Shown: in pieces, positions 18,715 through 28,847 of the stretch
Layout: every line of letters starts with the position of its first letter
How positions within the stretch are numbered: the first letter of the stretch is position 1
Source of the DNA: Bacteroidales bacterium
Lineage (GTDB): Bacteria > Bacteroidota > Bacteroidia > Bacteroidales > VadinHA17
Length of the DNA stretch: 64,000 bases
Assembly (NCBI GenBank): GCA_024762655.1
Contig: JANTHB010000004.1
Span: forward strand, 9,966-73,965
Direction: 5' to 3'
The notes under the pieces: generated by a model
Seen by the model: the letters and a program-made list of their open reading frames with translations, nothing else
Told to the model about the DNA's origin: nothing
Databases searched by the model: none
Program-made: the position numbers and the translations under genes

Positions 18715-20916
18715 ATGAATAAAAAACAGTTGAAAATTTCGATGATTGGTGCTTTTGCCCTGATACTGGCATTGGCATCCTGTACTAAAGATCTGGATAC
18801 GATTCCTATCGATCCGGATGTGGTTACTTCTGCTACGGTATACAAAAACCCCGAATCCTATAAACAAGTACTTGCCAAACTGTATGCAGGTCTGGCCGTC
18901 AGCGGACAGCAGGGCCCTCACGGGATGGGAGACCTCAGCGGACTGGATGAAGGATTCGGCCAATATCTCCGCGCATACTGGTATGCCCAGGAATTGCCTA
19001 CCGACGAAGCTATTATCGCCTGGAATGACGGAAACTTGCGGGACTATCATGAGCAGGACTGGTCAGCAAGCAATGAGTTTATTACCAACCTTTATTACCG
19101 GATCTTTTATCAGGTTTCCCTGTGTAATGAATTTCTGCGTCAGTCCGCAGATGATAAAATGAAAGAAAACGGTATTTCAGAATCCGATCAACAAACCATT
19201 CGCGAATATCGTGCCGAAGCCAGATTTCTGAGAGCTTTAAGTTATTGGCATGCTCTGGACCTGTTTGGGAGTGTCCCTTTTGTTACGGAAAAAGATAAAG
19301 TAGGGGCTTTCTTTCCGAAACAGATCAGCAAAAAGGATTTGTTTGACTATATCGAATCAGAATTGCTTGATATAGAGAATAAGTTGCCGGAACCCCGTAC
19401 CAATGAATATGGCAGGGCTGATCAGGCTGCTGACTGGATGTTACTGGCTAAACTGTATCTTAATGCGGAGAGTTACGTTGGAAAAGACCATTATTCCGAT
19501 GTAATTACCTACACCAAAAAAGTCATTGATGCCGGTTATACGCTTGATCCTACTTATCAAAACTTGTTTTTGGCTGACAATGACCAGGCACAGGGAGTTA
19601 TTTTCCCCATTACCTTTGACGGGGTGCATACCAAAACCTGGGGAGGAACCACCTTCATCATCCATGCCTCTGTCGGAGGCTCTATGAACCCCGCCGACTT
19701 CGGTATCGACGGAGGATGGGCCGGTCTCAGAGCGACCAAACAATTCGTCGGAAAATTTATGGATATTTCCAACCTGAAAAGTACTGCGGTTTCAGCGAAA
19801 GGTTCCTCAAATTACCCCCTCATATTTGTTCCGGGCTCCTATCAGGGCTGGAACCCGGAAGATTCCACTACCGTACTTGCTTCGGTAAACAGCGATAACC
19901 ACTATCAGGGATACCTGTATTTTGCAGATGCCAATACGGAATTCAAATTTTCATATTATCCCAATTGGGATTATAACTTCGGCGATGACGGAGCTGACGG
20001 CACACTTGATCAAAATGGTGCCAATATTGTTGTTCCCGACGCCGGTTATTACAAGGTCGACGTGGATACCACCGCACGCACCTATGCGGTTGTTAAAACC
20101 GACTGGGGGGTCATTGGCGATGCTACTGCAGATGGGTGGGATTCGGACCAGAATATGACCTATGACCCGGCTACCGGATTGTGGACGGTTATTCTTGAGC
20201 TGAATGCCGGCAATATCAAGTTCCGGGCCAACGATGACTGGGCCCTGAACTACGGAGACAATGAAGGGGACGGTATCCTCGAAGAAGGAGGTTCCAACAT
20301 CAGCATCCCGGAAGCAGGGAAATATAAAATCTCCCTGAAACTGGGAGCACCGGACTATACGTATACAATAGAAAAATTTGCCTCCGACAGCCGGAGCATG
20401 TTCTATACCGATGGTCAATCCCTGGATATTGACGACATGTTTGAATTTACCAACGGTTATGCCATCACAAAATTCAAGAACATAACATCTACAGGAGCCC
20501 CAGGCAAAGACCTTACCTTTCCTGATACCGATTTCCCATTGTTCCGTCTGGCAGATGCCTATCTGATGTATGCTGAAGCGGTCTTACGCGGTGGTTCCGG
20601 CGGAGACCTGGGAACAGCTCTCGGCTATGTGAATGCATTACGGGAACGGGCCTATGGTGACAATTCGGCAGATATTACAGCCGACGACCTTACCCTGGAC
20701 TTTATCCTGGATGAACGGGCCAGGGAATTATTCTGGGAAGGATACAGAAGAACCGACCTGGTACGTTTCGGGAAATTCAGCAACACGGATTACGTTTGGG
20801 CATGGAAAGGCGGTATAAAAGAAGGAAAATCAACAGACAGCAAATATGATGTCTTCCCAATTCCTTCTTCAGATATTGCTGCCAATCCAAACCTTACTCA
20901 GAATCCGGGATATTAA
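18715..20916 (+). CDS. SusD/RagB family lipoprotein with a ~200-aa internal SusE/F-like tandem carbohydrate-binding insertion
   Basis: Lipobox LALASC, a SusD-like helical N-terminal half and the C-terminal ELFWEGYRRTDLVRFGKF. At 733 aa it is about 180-200 aa longer than a typical SusD. Confidence 0.9.
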   Translation: MNKKQLKISMIGAFALILALASCTKDLDTIPIDPDVVTSATVYKNPESYKQVLAKLYAGLAVSGQQGPHGMGDLSGLDEGFGQYLRAYWYAQELPTDEAIIAWNDGNLRDYHEQDWSASNEFITNLYYRIFYQVSLCNEFLRQSADDKMKENGISESDQQTIREYRAEARFLRALSYWHALDLFGSVPFVTEKDKVGAFFPKQISKKDLFDYIESELLDIENKLPEPRTNEYGRADQAADWMLLAKLYLNAESYVGKDHYSDVITYTKKVIDAGYTLDPTYQNLFLADNDQAQGVIFPITFDGVHTKTWGGTTFIIHASVGGSMNPADFGIDGGWAGLRATKQFVGKFMDISNLKSTAVSAKGSSNYPLIFVPGSYQGWNPEDSTTVLASVNSDNHYQGYLYFADANTEFKFSYYPNWDYNFGDDGADGTLDQNGANIVVPDAGYYKVDVDTTARTYAVVKTDWGVIGDATADGWDSDQNMTYDPATGLWTVILELNAGNIKFRANDDWALNYGDNEGDGILEEGGSNISIPEAGKYKISLKLGAPDYTYTIEKFASDSRSMFYTDGQSLDIDDMFEFTNGYAITKFKNITSTGAPGKDLTFPDTDFPLFRLADAYLMYAEAVLRGGSGGDLGTALGYVNALRERAYGDNSADITADDLTLDFILDERARELFWEGYRRTDLVRFGKFSNTDYVWAWKGGIKEGKSTDSKYDVFPIPSSDIAANPNLTQNPGY

Positions 20917-20938
20917 TCTTTAACTGCTAAAAAACAAG

Positions 20939-22039
20939 ATGATGAATAAACAGAAAATATATCCGTTTTTATTACTGATTTCTGGTCTTTCTTTTCTGGT
21001 TTCATGTGAAAAGGAAGTGAGAGAACCGGTAGTCGGTGTATATACTGCTCCCGGGTTAACGGCACCTGCCGACGGCAGCAGCTATATCCTGACAGACTCT
21101 ACCGAAGACAACGTCATGGCTACTTTCACCTGGAGCCCTGCAGATTTTGGATTCCAGGCCGCAGTTTCCTATACCCTGGAGCTTGATCTGGCTGCTGATA
21201 ATTTTGCCAATCCCGCCATTCTGGGGATTACCAACGCTACCAGTATGGATGTCCTGGAAGGAAAGGTAAACAATGCTCTTTTGACCCTTAATGCTTTCCC
21301 GGGAGAAGCAGCCAATGTACAAGTCAGGGTTACCGCCGCGATCCACAAGGATGTGGATACTCTTTACTCGGAACCCGTTTCCATGAGCATCACCCCGTTT
21401 GAGAAAGTGATCAATTACCCCAAACTTTACGTTCCCGGAAGCTACCAGGATGACTGGAACCCGGCCTGGGGCGAATGGGATCCTGCAAATACCAATACCG
21501 TCATTTATTCGGTTAAAGACAATGGTATCTACGAAGGATATCTATGGTTTTCACAGGATACGACGGAGCTAAAACTACTCAAGGTTCCTGCATGGGAACA
21601 GGACAACACCATAGGTGATCCGGATCCTTCCGGCATGTCAGGCACACTGAAAATTGGTGACTGGGGTGGAAACAATATCAAAATCCCCGGTGGTCCTGGT
21701 TATTTTCATCTGGTGGCCGACCTTAACGGAGCTACTTATACCTATCTGAAAACAGAATGGGGCCTGATCGGCTCTTCAGTTCCCCCCTATGACTGGAGTG
21801 AAGATGTAAATATGACCTACGACAAAATACAAAACGTCTGGACAATCACGCTGGATCTGAAGGCGGGAGATATAAAGTTCCGGGCTAACGATGGATGGGA
21901 CCTTAACTATGGAGATGACGGCGGCGACCGTAAACTGGATGCCGGCGGGGCTAACATCCCGATTGCAGCCGACGGAAACTATACCATCACACTTGACCTG
22001 AGTGGTCCGGTTTATACTTACAAAATCGTAAAAAATTAA
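20939..22039 (+). CDS. SusE-like outer membrane lipoprotein with C-terminal SusE/F-type starch-binding modules
   Basis: Lipobox FLVSC. The N-terminal segment resembles the SusE domain (TWSPADFGFQAAVSYTLELD). C-terminal motifs are WGLIG...W and IKFRANDGWDLNYG. Confidence 0.8.
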   Translation: MMNKQKIYPFLLLISGLSFLVSCEKEVREPVVGVYTAPGLTAPADGSSYILTDSTEDNVMATFTWSPADFGFQAAVSYTLELDLAADNFANPAILGITNATSMDVLEGKVNNALLTLNAFPGEAANVQVRVTAAIHKDVDTLYSEPVSMSITPFEKVINYPKLYVPGSYQDDWNPAWGEWDPANTNTVIYSVKDNGIYEGYLWFSQDTTELKLLKVPAWEQDNTIGDPDPSGMSGTLKIGDWGGNNIKIPGGPGYFHLVADLNGATYTYLKTEWGLIGSSVPPYDWSEDVNMTYDKIQNVWTITLDLKAGDIKFRANDGWDLNYGDDGGDRKLDAGGANIPIAADGNYTITLDLSGPVYTYKIVKN

Positions 22040-22057
22040 AGTTGGTGTTTTGAAAAA

Positions 22058-22092
22058 GCGGTTAACTTTTCGGGTTAACCGCTTTTTCTTTT
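22058..22092 (+). terminator. Rho-independent terminator after the SusE-like gene
   Basis: A 9-bp perfect stem (GCGGTTAAC/GTTAACCGC) with a 7-nt loop, followed by TTTTTCTTTT. An A-tract lies upstream. Confidence 0.75.
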
Positions 22093-22141
22093 CTGTAATT
22101 CTTCTTATTTTACCTTTCTCTTTTTGACCGAAGGATTTACC

Positions 22142-23290
22142 ATGAATTATCTTATCTCATTCCTCTTACTGATCCTTACGGCTTCTGGTTGCAAAAAAGA
22201 AGATACCGGTTCCATAAGAGCATTCTATACCCCGGATCAATTTGTTATGGGCGCTGACCTGTCTTTTGCCAATCAGATCATGGAACACGGGGGAATCTTC
22301 CGCGATTCCGGACAGATGGAAGACCCCTATGTTATCTTCAAGGCTCATGGTGCAAATGTTATCCGGTTTCGTCTTTTTCATAACCCCATATGGACCAAAG
22401 AAGTGTACAAACCCGAAAAATCCCGGATGTACAACGATTTTAATGATGTGAAACTGGGAATATCCCGTGCCAAAAAACTCGGCCTACAGGTATGCCTTGA
22501 CTTCCATTATTCAGACACATGGGCTGATCCCGGCCATCAAATCATCCCCGGGGCATGGCAGGATCTTGACCTGAAATCCCTGCATGACAGTCTATACCAA
22601 TACACCTATCTCACTTTAAAAAAATTGGATCAGCTCCATTTAATGCCGGAGTATGTCCAACCCGGAAATGAAATCAATCCCGGCTTTTTACTACCCGTGG
22701 GTGACCGCTGGCATCATCCCGGAGATTTTATTTACCTGATGAATGCTGCCATCCGGGCGATCCGGGATGCAGGATCGGAAAGTACGGTAAATCCAAAAAT
22801 AATTATTCCTATAGCCCAACCGGAAAATGCAATAAATTGGTTTGACGGACTCCAGGATAAAGGGCTGGAGAATTACGATATCATCGGTTATTCGTATTAT
22901 TATATTTGGTCAGATGTTCCTTTGGCAAACATCAGCAATTATACGGAACAACTCCGCAAAAAATACGGAAAAGAGGTAATGGTAATGGAAACAGCCTATC
23001 CCTGGACCCTCCAAAACGCAGATAATCTTGGGAATATTATTGGTGTGAAAAAACTTTTACCGGATTATCCGGCCAACCGTCAGGGGCAGTATAACTATCT
23101 TGTGTCCTTAACACAGGAAATCATTGACGGTGGAGGAAAAGGGATTTTTTACTGGGAACCCGACTGGATTACATCCCAAATGAAAACTCCCGACGGAACA
23201 GGCTCGGCCTGGGATTGTAACACCTTTTTTGATTTCAGTGGCAACACGCTCAACGCCATAAATTTTATGAATTCATCCTACCGATTTTAA
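22142..23290 (+). CDS. GH53 arabinogalactan endo-beta-1,4-galactanase-like lipoprotein
   Basis: Lipobox LTASGC. GH53-like blocks are GADLSF, HGANVIRFRLFHNP, LDFHYSDTWADPGHQ, VQPGNEIN and VMETAYPW. Confidence 0.8.
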   Translation: MNYLISFLLLILTASGCKKEDTGSIRAFYTPDQFVMGADLSFANQIMEHGGIFRDSGQMEDPYVIFKAHGANVIRFRLFHNPIWTKEVYKPEKSRMYNDFNDVKLGISRAKKLGLQVCLDFHYSDTWADPGHQIIPGAWQDLDLKSLHDSLYQYTYLTLKKLDQLHLMPEYVQPGNEINPGFLLPVGDRWHHPGDFIYLMNAAIRAIRDAGSESTVNPKIIIPIAQPENAINWFDGLQDKGLENYDIIGYSYYYIWSDVPLANISNYTEQLRKKYGKEVMVMETAYPWTLQNADNLGNIIGVKKLLPDYPANRQGQYNYLVSLTQEIIDGGGKGIFYWEPDWITSQMKTPDGTGSAWDCNTFFDFSGNTLNAINFMNSSYRF

Positions 23291-23300
23291 GACAATCATT

Positions 23301-25148
23301 ATGTTTCGAACGTATCTGTACCTATTTCTTTCTTTTGTTTTTGTCTCAACCTACGGACAAAATATTCCCGATCATGTCGAACCTCCTTCCTGGTGGGTGG
23401 GAATGAAAAATCCGTATCTGCAAATCCTGGTCCACGGTACGGACATCGCAAAATATCAGGTTGTTCTTACTTCACATCCCGGCATTACACTTGACTCTGT
23501 TTCAAAAACAAATAATCCTAACTATTTGTTTCTGCATCTGTCTGTCAGATCAGGCACAAGCCCGGGAAATTTTTATATCGACTTTTCCAAAGACGGGAAA
23601 AGATTTTACAGATACGTCTATGAACTAAAAAAACGGGAAAAAGCATCCGCCTTGCGAGATGGCTTTGGCCCCTCGGATGTAATTTATTTGTTAATGCCCG
23701 ACCGTTTTGCCAACGGGGATCCTTCCAACGATGAGGTCAAAGGCATGAAAGAAGGCCTGAACCGTAAAGCGCCTTATGGCAGACACGGGGGTGATATTCA
23801 GGGGATCATAGATCATCTGGATTACATTAAAGAAATGGGGTTTACGGGATTATGGCCCACTCCCGTTCTGGAAAACGACCAACCCGAACAATCCTATCAC
23901 GGCTACGCCATTACCGATTTCTACAGGGTGGACCCCCGGCTGGGAACCAACGATCTGTACAGGCAACTGGGTCACGCATGCAAAAAAAACGGCATCAAAC
24001 TGATCATGGATATGGTTTTCAATCATTGCGGATCGGTGCACTGGTGGATGAAAGACCTCCCTTCCTCTGATTGGATAAATGAGTATCCAGTCTATTTTAT
24101 CACCAACCATGTTCATTCGGTCAATATGGATCCACACGCCTCCCGGGCCGACCGTATCAAACTGACGAAGGGATGGTTTGTCCCTACCATGCCTGACCTG
24201 AACCAGAAAAATCCTTTTTTAGCCAATTACCTGATCCAGAACAGTATCTGGTGGATAGAATTTGCCGGCCTCCAGGGAATTCGTATGGATACCTATCCTT
24301 ATCCTGATAAAGATTTCATGGCAAGGTGGACACGCAGAATCCGGGAAGAATACCCCCATTTTATGATCGTGGGAGAAGAGTGGAATACCCATCCCTCCTT
24401 CGTTTCTTATTGGCAAAAAGGACAAACCAACAGGGACGGATACAAACCCGGCCTGCCCAGTCTTATGGACTTTCCGTTACAGCAGGCTTTGTCACAAAGC
24501 CTGACAGAAAAAGAAAACTGGAACTCCGGATGGAGAAAGCTCTATGATGTCCTGGCGCGGGATTTTGTCTATCCTTCTCCTGAAAACCTGGTTATTTTCG
24601 GGGATAATCATGATATGAACCGTTTTTTTAGACAAATCCACAACGACACAGCCTTTTTCCGGCTGGGCATGGCTTTCCTGCTGACCACCCGGGGTATTCC
24701 CCAGATTTTCTACGGCACCGAGTTACTGATGAGCAACAAAAAAGACAATGACCACGGCACCATTCGCAGTGATTTTCCGGGCGGATGGCCTGGAGATACG
24801 GCCAATGCCTTTACCGGGGAAAATATAAATCCCGGGATAAAAAGAATCCAGGATGAAATGAAAAGTTTGTTGAATTGGCGGAAAAATGAACCTGCCGTTC
24901 AGTCAGGAAGACTTATTCATTTTGTGCCTGAAAACGGAGTTTATGTTTACTTCCGGTCCACTCCTGAAAAAACGATTATGGTCCTCCTCAACAAAAACAG
25001 GGAAACGACCCATTTAAATACCGGAAGGTTTGATGAAATCACCGGAAAATACGTCTATGGAGTTAATATTTATGATCATAAATCCTACCCTCTTCACCCG
25101 GTCCTTGATGTCCCCCCCTATACTCCCCTGATCCTCGAGTTGCATTAA
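23301..25148 (+). CDS. GH13 alpha-amylase family enzyme (cyclomaltodextrinase/neopullulanase-like), exported
   Basis: A signal peptide plus GH13 conserved regions: DMVFNHCG, GIRMDTYPY, IVGEEW and FGDNHDMNRF. Confidence 0.9.
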   Translation: MFRTYLYLFLSFVFVSTYGQNIPDHVEPPSWWVGMKNPYLQILVHGTDIAKYQVVLTSHPGITLDSVSKTNNPNYLFLHLSVRSGTSPGNFYIDFSKDGKRFYRYVYELKKREKASALRDGFGPSDVIYLLMPDRFANGDPSNDEVKGMKEGLNRKAPYGRHGGDIQGIIDHLDYIKEMGFTGLWPTPVLENDQPEQSYHGYAITDFYRVDPRLGTNDLYRQLGHACKKNGIKLIMDMVFNHCGSVHWWMKDLPSSDWINEYPVYFITNHVHSVNMDPHASRADRIKLTKGWFVPTMPDLNQKNPFLANYLIQNSIWWIEFAGLQGIRMDTYPYPDKDFMARWTRRIREEYPHFMIVGEEWNTHPSFVSYWQKGQTNRDGYKPGLPSLMDFPLQQALSQSLTEKENWNSGWRKLYDVLARDFVYPSPENLVIFGDNHDMNRFFRQIHNDTAFFRLGMAFLLTTRGIPQIFYGTELLMSNKKDNDHGTIRSDFPGGWPGDTANAFTGENINPGIKRIQDEMKSLLNWRKNEPAVQSGRLIHFVPENGVYVYFRSTPEKTIMVLLNKNRETTHLNTGRFDEITGKYVYGVNIYDHKSYPLHPVLDVPPYTPLILELH

Positions 25149-25159
25149 AACCATATCTC

Positions 25160-27964
25160 ATGAAACGAACAGAACTTACAAAAAGCATTTTTGGTTTCCT
25201 GGTTTTTTTCCTGGCTTTTTTTTCTCTCCAGGCACAAGTTGTTACCACCGACCCTGAAGTCCCTGTTGAAACACAACCTGTAAAAGTTTATTTCCATTCC
25301 GACAAGGTCTCCGGAGCCCTGGAAAACTATACAGGTGATATCTACACGCATACCGGTGTAATCCTTAAAGGAAAATCAGGATGGCAAAACGTGATCGGGT
25401 CGTGGGGGGATAATTCTGCGCAGCCTCATCTCACCTATCTGGGAAGCTACACCTACGAACTGGACATCTCGCCGGATATCCGCACCTTTTACAGTGTAAA
25501 CCTAAACGACACGGTAGCAAAGATGGCCTTTGTCTTCCGAAGTGCCGATGCCACCAAACAAACTTCCGATTTGTTCGTGGACGTCTTTCCCGAAGGTCTG
25601 AATGTGAGCATCCTGTTGCCACAGGAATCATCACTAATCCTGAAACCAGGAGACACCTTGTACATGGATGCCACTTCCACCAAAGCCGACAGTATGAATC
25701 TGTTTATAGATAAAACCTATATTTCAGGTACAACCAATAGCAACTTAGCCCTAAACCTGGAAATGTCCCAAACGGGAGGTCATACGGCTTATTTCTTTGC
25801 TTATGACTCCACCGGCTCCGTAACAACCGATTCCTTCTACTTTTATGTACGCCCCCCCGTTGTTACGGAAGACCTTCCCGAAGGGGTCACAGACGGAATA
25901 AATTACCTGAATGATTCCTCTGTGATTCTTTCTCTATATGCCCCTTATAAAGAGTATGTTTTTGCCATCGGGGATTTTAACAACTGGCGACCCTGTGACA
26001 GCAGTTACATGAAACGTACCCCCGATGGAAAACGGTACTGGATACCTATCAACCATCTGCAGCCGTTACAGGAATATTCTTTCCAGTATCTGGTGGACGG
26101 AGCGATCCGCATCGGCGACCCCTATGCCGACAAGATTCTGGATCCATGGAACGATCCCTGGATACCCACATGGGTTTATCCCGGGCTAAAGCCTTATCCC
26201 AAAGGCAAAACCGAAGGCATTGTGTCCGTCCTGCAAACCGCACAAACACCTTATCCCTGGAAGCATTCCGGATTCCAACCGCCGGAAACCGAAAATCTTG
26301 TGATCTATGAATTACTAGTACGGGATTTTACCGCACAACATACTTACCGTTCACTCATCGACACATTGGGATACCTGAAAAGACTCGGAGTTAATGCTAT
26401 CGAACTGATGCCCATTAACGAATTCGAGGGGAATGAAAGCTGGGGCTACAATCCGGATTATTATTTTGCACCGGATAAATATTACGGCCCCAAAAATGAC
26501 CTGAAAGCTTTTGTCGACTCCTGCCATGCCCTTGGAATCGCAGTAATTCAGGACATTGTTTTGAATCATTCAATGGGCCAATGTCCTTTGGTAAAACTTT
26601 ATTTCGATCCTGATGCCGGGCAGTGGGGAGAGCCTTCCCCGGAAAGCCCCTGGTACAATACAACCTCTCCCAATGCGGATTATAGCTGGGGGTATGATTT
26701 TAACCACGAAAGCACGGCAACCAAAAATTTTGTCACCCGCGTAACCCGTTACTGGATCAACGAATACCATATGGACGGATACCGGTTTGATTTCACCAAA
26801 GGATTTACCAATACGCCGGGAAACGGGTGGGCTTACGATGCCTCCCGCATTCAGATACTGGAAGGCTACGCTGATTCCATCCGGAAAGTAAAAAACGATG
26901 CCATTCTCATCCTTGAACATTTTACGGAAAACAGCGAAGAAAAGGAACTGGCCGCCTATGGCATGTTGCTATGGGGAAACCTGAACTGTCAATATGGTCA
27001 GGCATCCATGGGGTACCCGTCAGGCCCATGCGGTAACTGGGACTTCGGGTGGATCTCATGGAAAAACAGAGATTGGTCCGGCCCGAATATCGTGGGCTAT
27101 ATGGAAAGTCATGATGAAGAAAGACTCATGTATAATAATCTGACTTATGGAAATGCCTCGGGAGACTATAACATCAAAAACCTTTCCACAGCCCTCCAAC
27201 GAATAGAACTGGCTTCTGCTTTTTTCTTTACCGTTCCGGGACCTAAAATGATCTGGCAGTTTGAAGAACTGGGATATGATTATTCGATCGAATACAACGG
27301 ACGCACAGGGAATAAACCCATTCGCTGGGATTATTACAACGATATGAAAAGAAGAAAACTATATCAGGTTATGGGAGCCCTGATCCGTTTGAAAAAAGAG
27401 CAACCCGTTTTTCAGAGCTCCGATTTTGTATTGAACACCTCAGATGCGGTAAAAACCATCACCATCCGTGACAGCAGCATGAACCTCCTGGCAGCCGGCA
27501 ACTTTGATGTGACAGAGAAAACCACCACCTTAACATTCCCTTCCACAGGAATCTGGTATGAATACTTTAGCGGAGATTCTCTGGTAATCACAAATCCTGA
27601 CTATAATATCACCTTGTCTCCCGGAGCCTATCTGATTTATACTACGAAAAAACTCTCTCCTCCGGACATTACGGCAGGAATCCGTCCACAAGAAAACGGG
27701 CAGAACCAGTTGGAGGTTTACCCAAACCCGGTGCAATCTGTTTTGCATGTATCCTTTTCGGCAACTACTGCTCAGCCGGTACAAGTAAAATTACTGGGCA
27801 TGGATGGAAGTACCCGTTATACTAAAATTTTTCATGTGAATCCCGGAAAGAATGACATCTCCCTCCCCCTTTCCGGAGGAAACCGAAATTTGTCTCCCGG
27901 GCTCTATCTTATCATAGTTAAGACTCCAAAAGAGATATACTCTCGTAAAGTGGTCATCTATTAA
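25160..27964 (+). CDS. GH13 alpha-glucan hydrolase with an N-terminal CBM48/E-set-like region and a T9SS C-terminal sorting domain
   Basis: GH13 regions are DIVLNHS, GYRFDFTKG, ILEHF and YMESHDE. The C-terminus VYPNPVQSVLHVSF...GLYLIIVKT...KVVIY fits the T9SS CTD pattern. Confidence 0.9.
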   Translation: MKRTELTKSIFGFLVFFLAFFSLQAQVVTTDPEVPVETQPVKVYFHSDKVSGALENYTGDIYTHTGVILKGKSGWQNVIGSWGDNSAQPHLTYLGSYTYELDISPDIRTFYSVNLNDTVAKMAFVFRSADATKQTSDLFVDVFPEGLNVSILLPQESSLILKPGDTLYMDATSTKADSMNLFIDKTYISGTTNSNLALNLEMSQTGGHTAYFFAYDSTGSVTTDSFYFYVRPPVVTEDLPEGVTDGINYLNDSSVILSLYAPYKEYVFAIGDFNNWRPCDSSYMKRTPDGKRYWIPINHLQPLQEYSFQYLVDGAIRIGDPYADKILDPWNDPWIPTWVYPGLKPYPKGKTEGIVSVLQTAQTPYPWKHSGFQPPETENLVIYELLVRDFTAQHTYRSLIDTLGYLKRLGVNAIELMPINEFEGNESWGYNPDYYFAPDKYYGPKNDLKAFVDSCHALGIAVIQDIVLNHSMGQCPLVKLYFDPDAGQWGEPSPESPWYNTTSPNADYSWGYDFNHESTATKNFVTRVTRYWINEYHMDGYRFDFTKGFTNTPGNGWAYDASRIQILEGYADSIRKVKNDAILILEHFTENSEEKELAAYGMLLWGNLNCQYGQASMGYPSGPCGNWDFGWISWKNRDWSGPNIVGYMESHDEERLMYNNLTYGNASGDYNIKNLSTALQRIELASAFFFTVPGPKMIWQFEELGYDYSIEYNGRTGNKPIRWDYYNDMKRRKLYQVMGALIRLKKEQPVFQSSDFVLNTSDAVKTITIRDSSMNLLAAGNFDVTEKTTTLTFPSTGIWYEYFSGDSLVITNPDYNITLSPGAYLIYTTKKLSPPDITAGIRPQENGQNQLEVYPNPVQSVLHVSFSATTAQPVQVKLLGMDGSTRYTKIFHVNPGKNDISLPLSGGNRNLSPGLYLIIVKTPKEIYSRKVVIY

Positions 27965-28072
27965 AGCATGCCGGGCGTATGTCCCGGTAAGGGAATTTTA
28001 CGGTATATCATTATAAATCATGTAATCATGATGATAACAGGGAATATTTTTTTTTGTTATCATATAAATTTC

Positions 28073-28080
28073 TACTTTTG
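28073..28080 (+). promoter_or_regulatory. Bacteroidota -7 box (TACTTTTG)
   Basis: TAnnTTTG, 19 nt upstream of the ATG at 28100. Confidence 0.45.
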
Positions 28081-28099
28081 CACGAAATATTTTTGAGGG

Positions 28100-28639
28100 A
28101 TGAGTGTGAGGTACGCGGATCGGTTTAGGATTCCCTTCAAAGGATTAAAAGAAGGTGACCATAGTTTTGATTTCGAAATAGATGCTTCGTTCTTTGAAAT
28201 TTTCCCGGAATCCGAAATCAAAGAAGGTCAACTTCATATAGAGGTGATCTTGCATAAATCCACACGCATGCTGACATTTGATTTTTTCATCGACGGAACA
28301 GTGAGGGTTCCCTGTGACCGCTGTCTTGAAATGTTCGACATGCCTGTTAATTTTACTTACTCGTTGTATGTGAAATACGGTCACGAAAGACTTGAAGAGT
28401 CAGCCAACTCTCTCATCATTCCCGAAGATGATTATTTTTTAAATGTCAGTCAGTATATATACGAATTTATTCATCTTTCTCTACCATTGCGCAGAGTACA
28501 TCCGGATGATGAATATGGTCACCCCACCTGTAATCCGGTTATGCTAAAGAAACTGGAAGAATTGTCTGTGGAGGAAAATATACAAACCAATGATGAACGT
28601 TGGTCGGCATTAAAAGGAATATTAAAAAATATAAATTAG
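28100..28639 (+). CDS. YceD/DUF177 family protein
   Basis: About 179 aa with the CDRCLE motif. It sits in the conserved position immediately upstream of rpmF. Confidence 0.85.
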   Translation: MSVRYADRFRIPFKGLKEGDHSFDFEIDASFFEIFPESEIKEGQLHIEVILHKSTRMLTFDFFIDGTVRVPCDRCLEMFDMPVNFTYSLYVKYGHERLEESANSLIIPEDDYFLNVSQYIYEFIHLSLPLRRVHPDDEYGHPTCNPVMLKKLEELSVEENIQTNDERWSALKGILKNIN

Positions 28640-28646
28640 AAGTATT

Positions 28647-28832
28647 ATGGCACATCCAAAACGTAAAACATCGAAGCAAAGAAGGAATAAAAGAAGAACT
28701 CATTACAAAGCTGCAATTCCTACGGTTATGACCTGTCCGAATTGCGGTGCTACCGTACAGTATCACCATGTTTGTCCGGAGTGCGGTTTTTACCGCGGAA
28801 GACAAGTGATTGAGAAAGAAGCCTCCGTTTAA
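28647..28832 (+). CDS. rpmF: 50S ribosomal protein L32
   Basis: MAHPKRKTSKQRRNKRR plus a CPxCG...CPECG zinc ribbon; 61 aa. Confidence 0.95.
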   Translation: MAHPKRKTSKQRRNKRRTHYKAAIPTVMTCPNCGATVQYHHVCPECGFYRGRQVIEKEASV

Positions 28833-28847
28833 TCTTTTCGTAGTATA

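Noticed and set aside
27969-27989. Hairpin after the T9SS GH13 gene as a terminator
   Set aside because: The stem is short (about 5-7 bp, one wobble pair) and no T-tract follows, so the evidence is insufficient.
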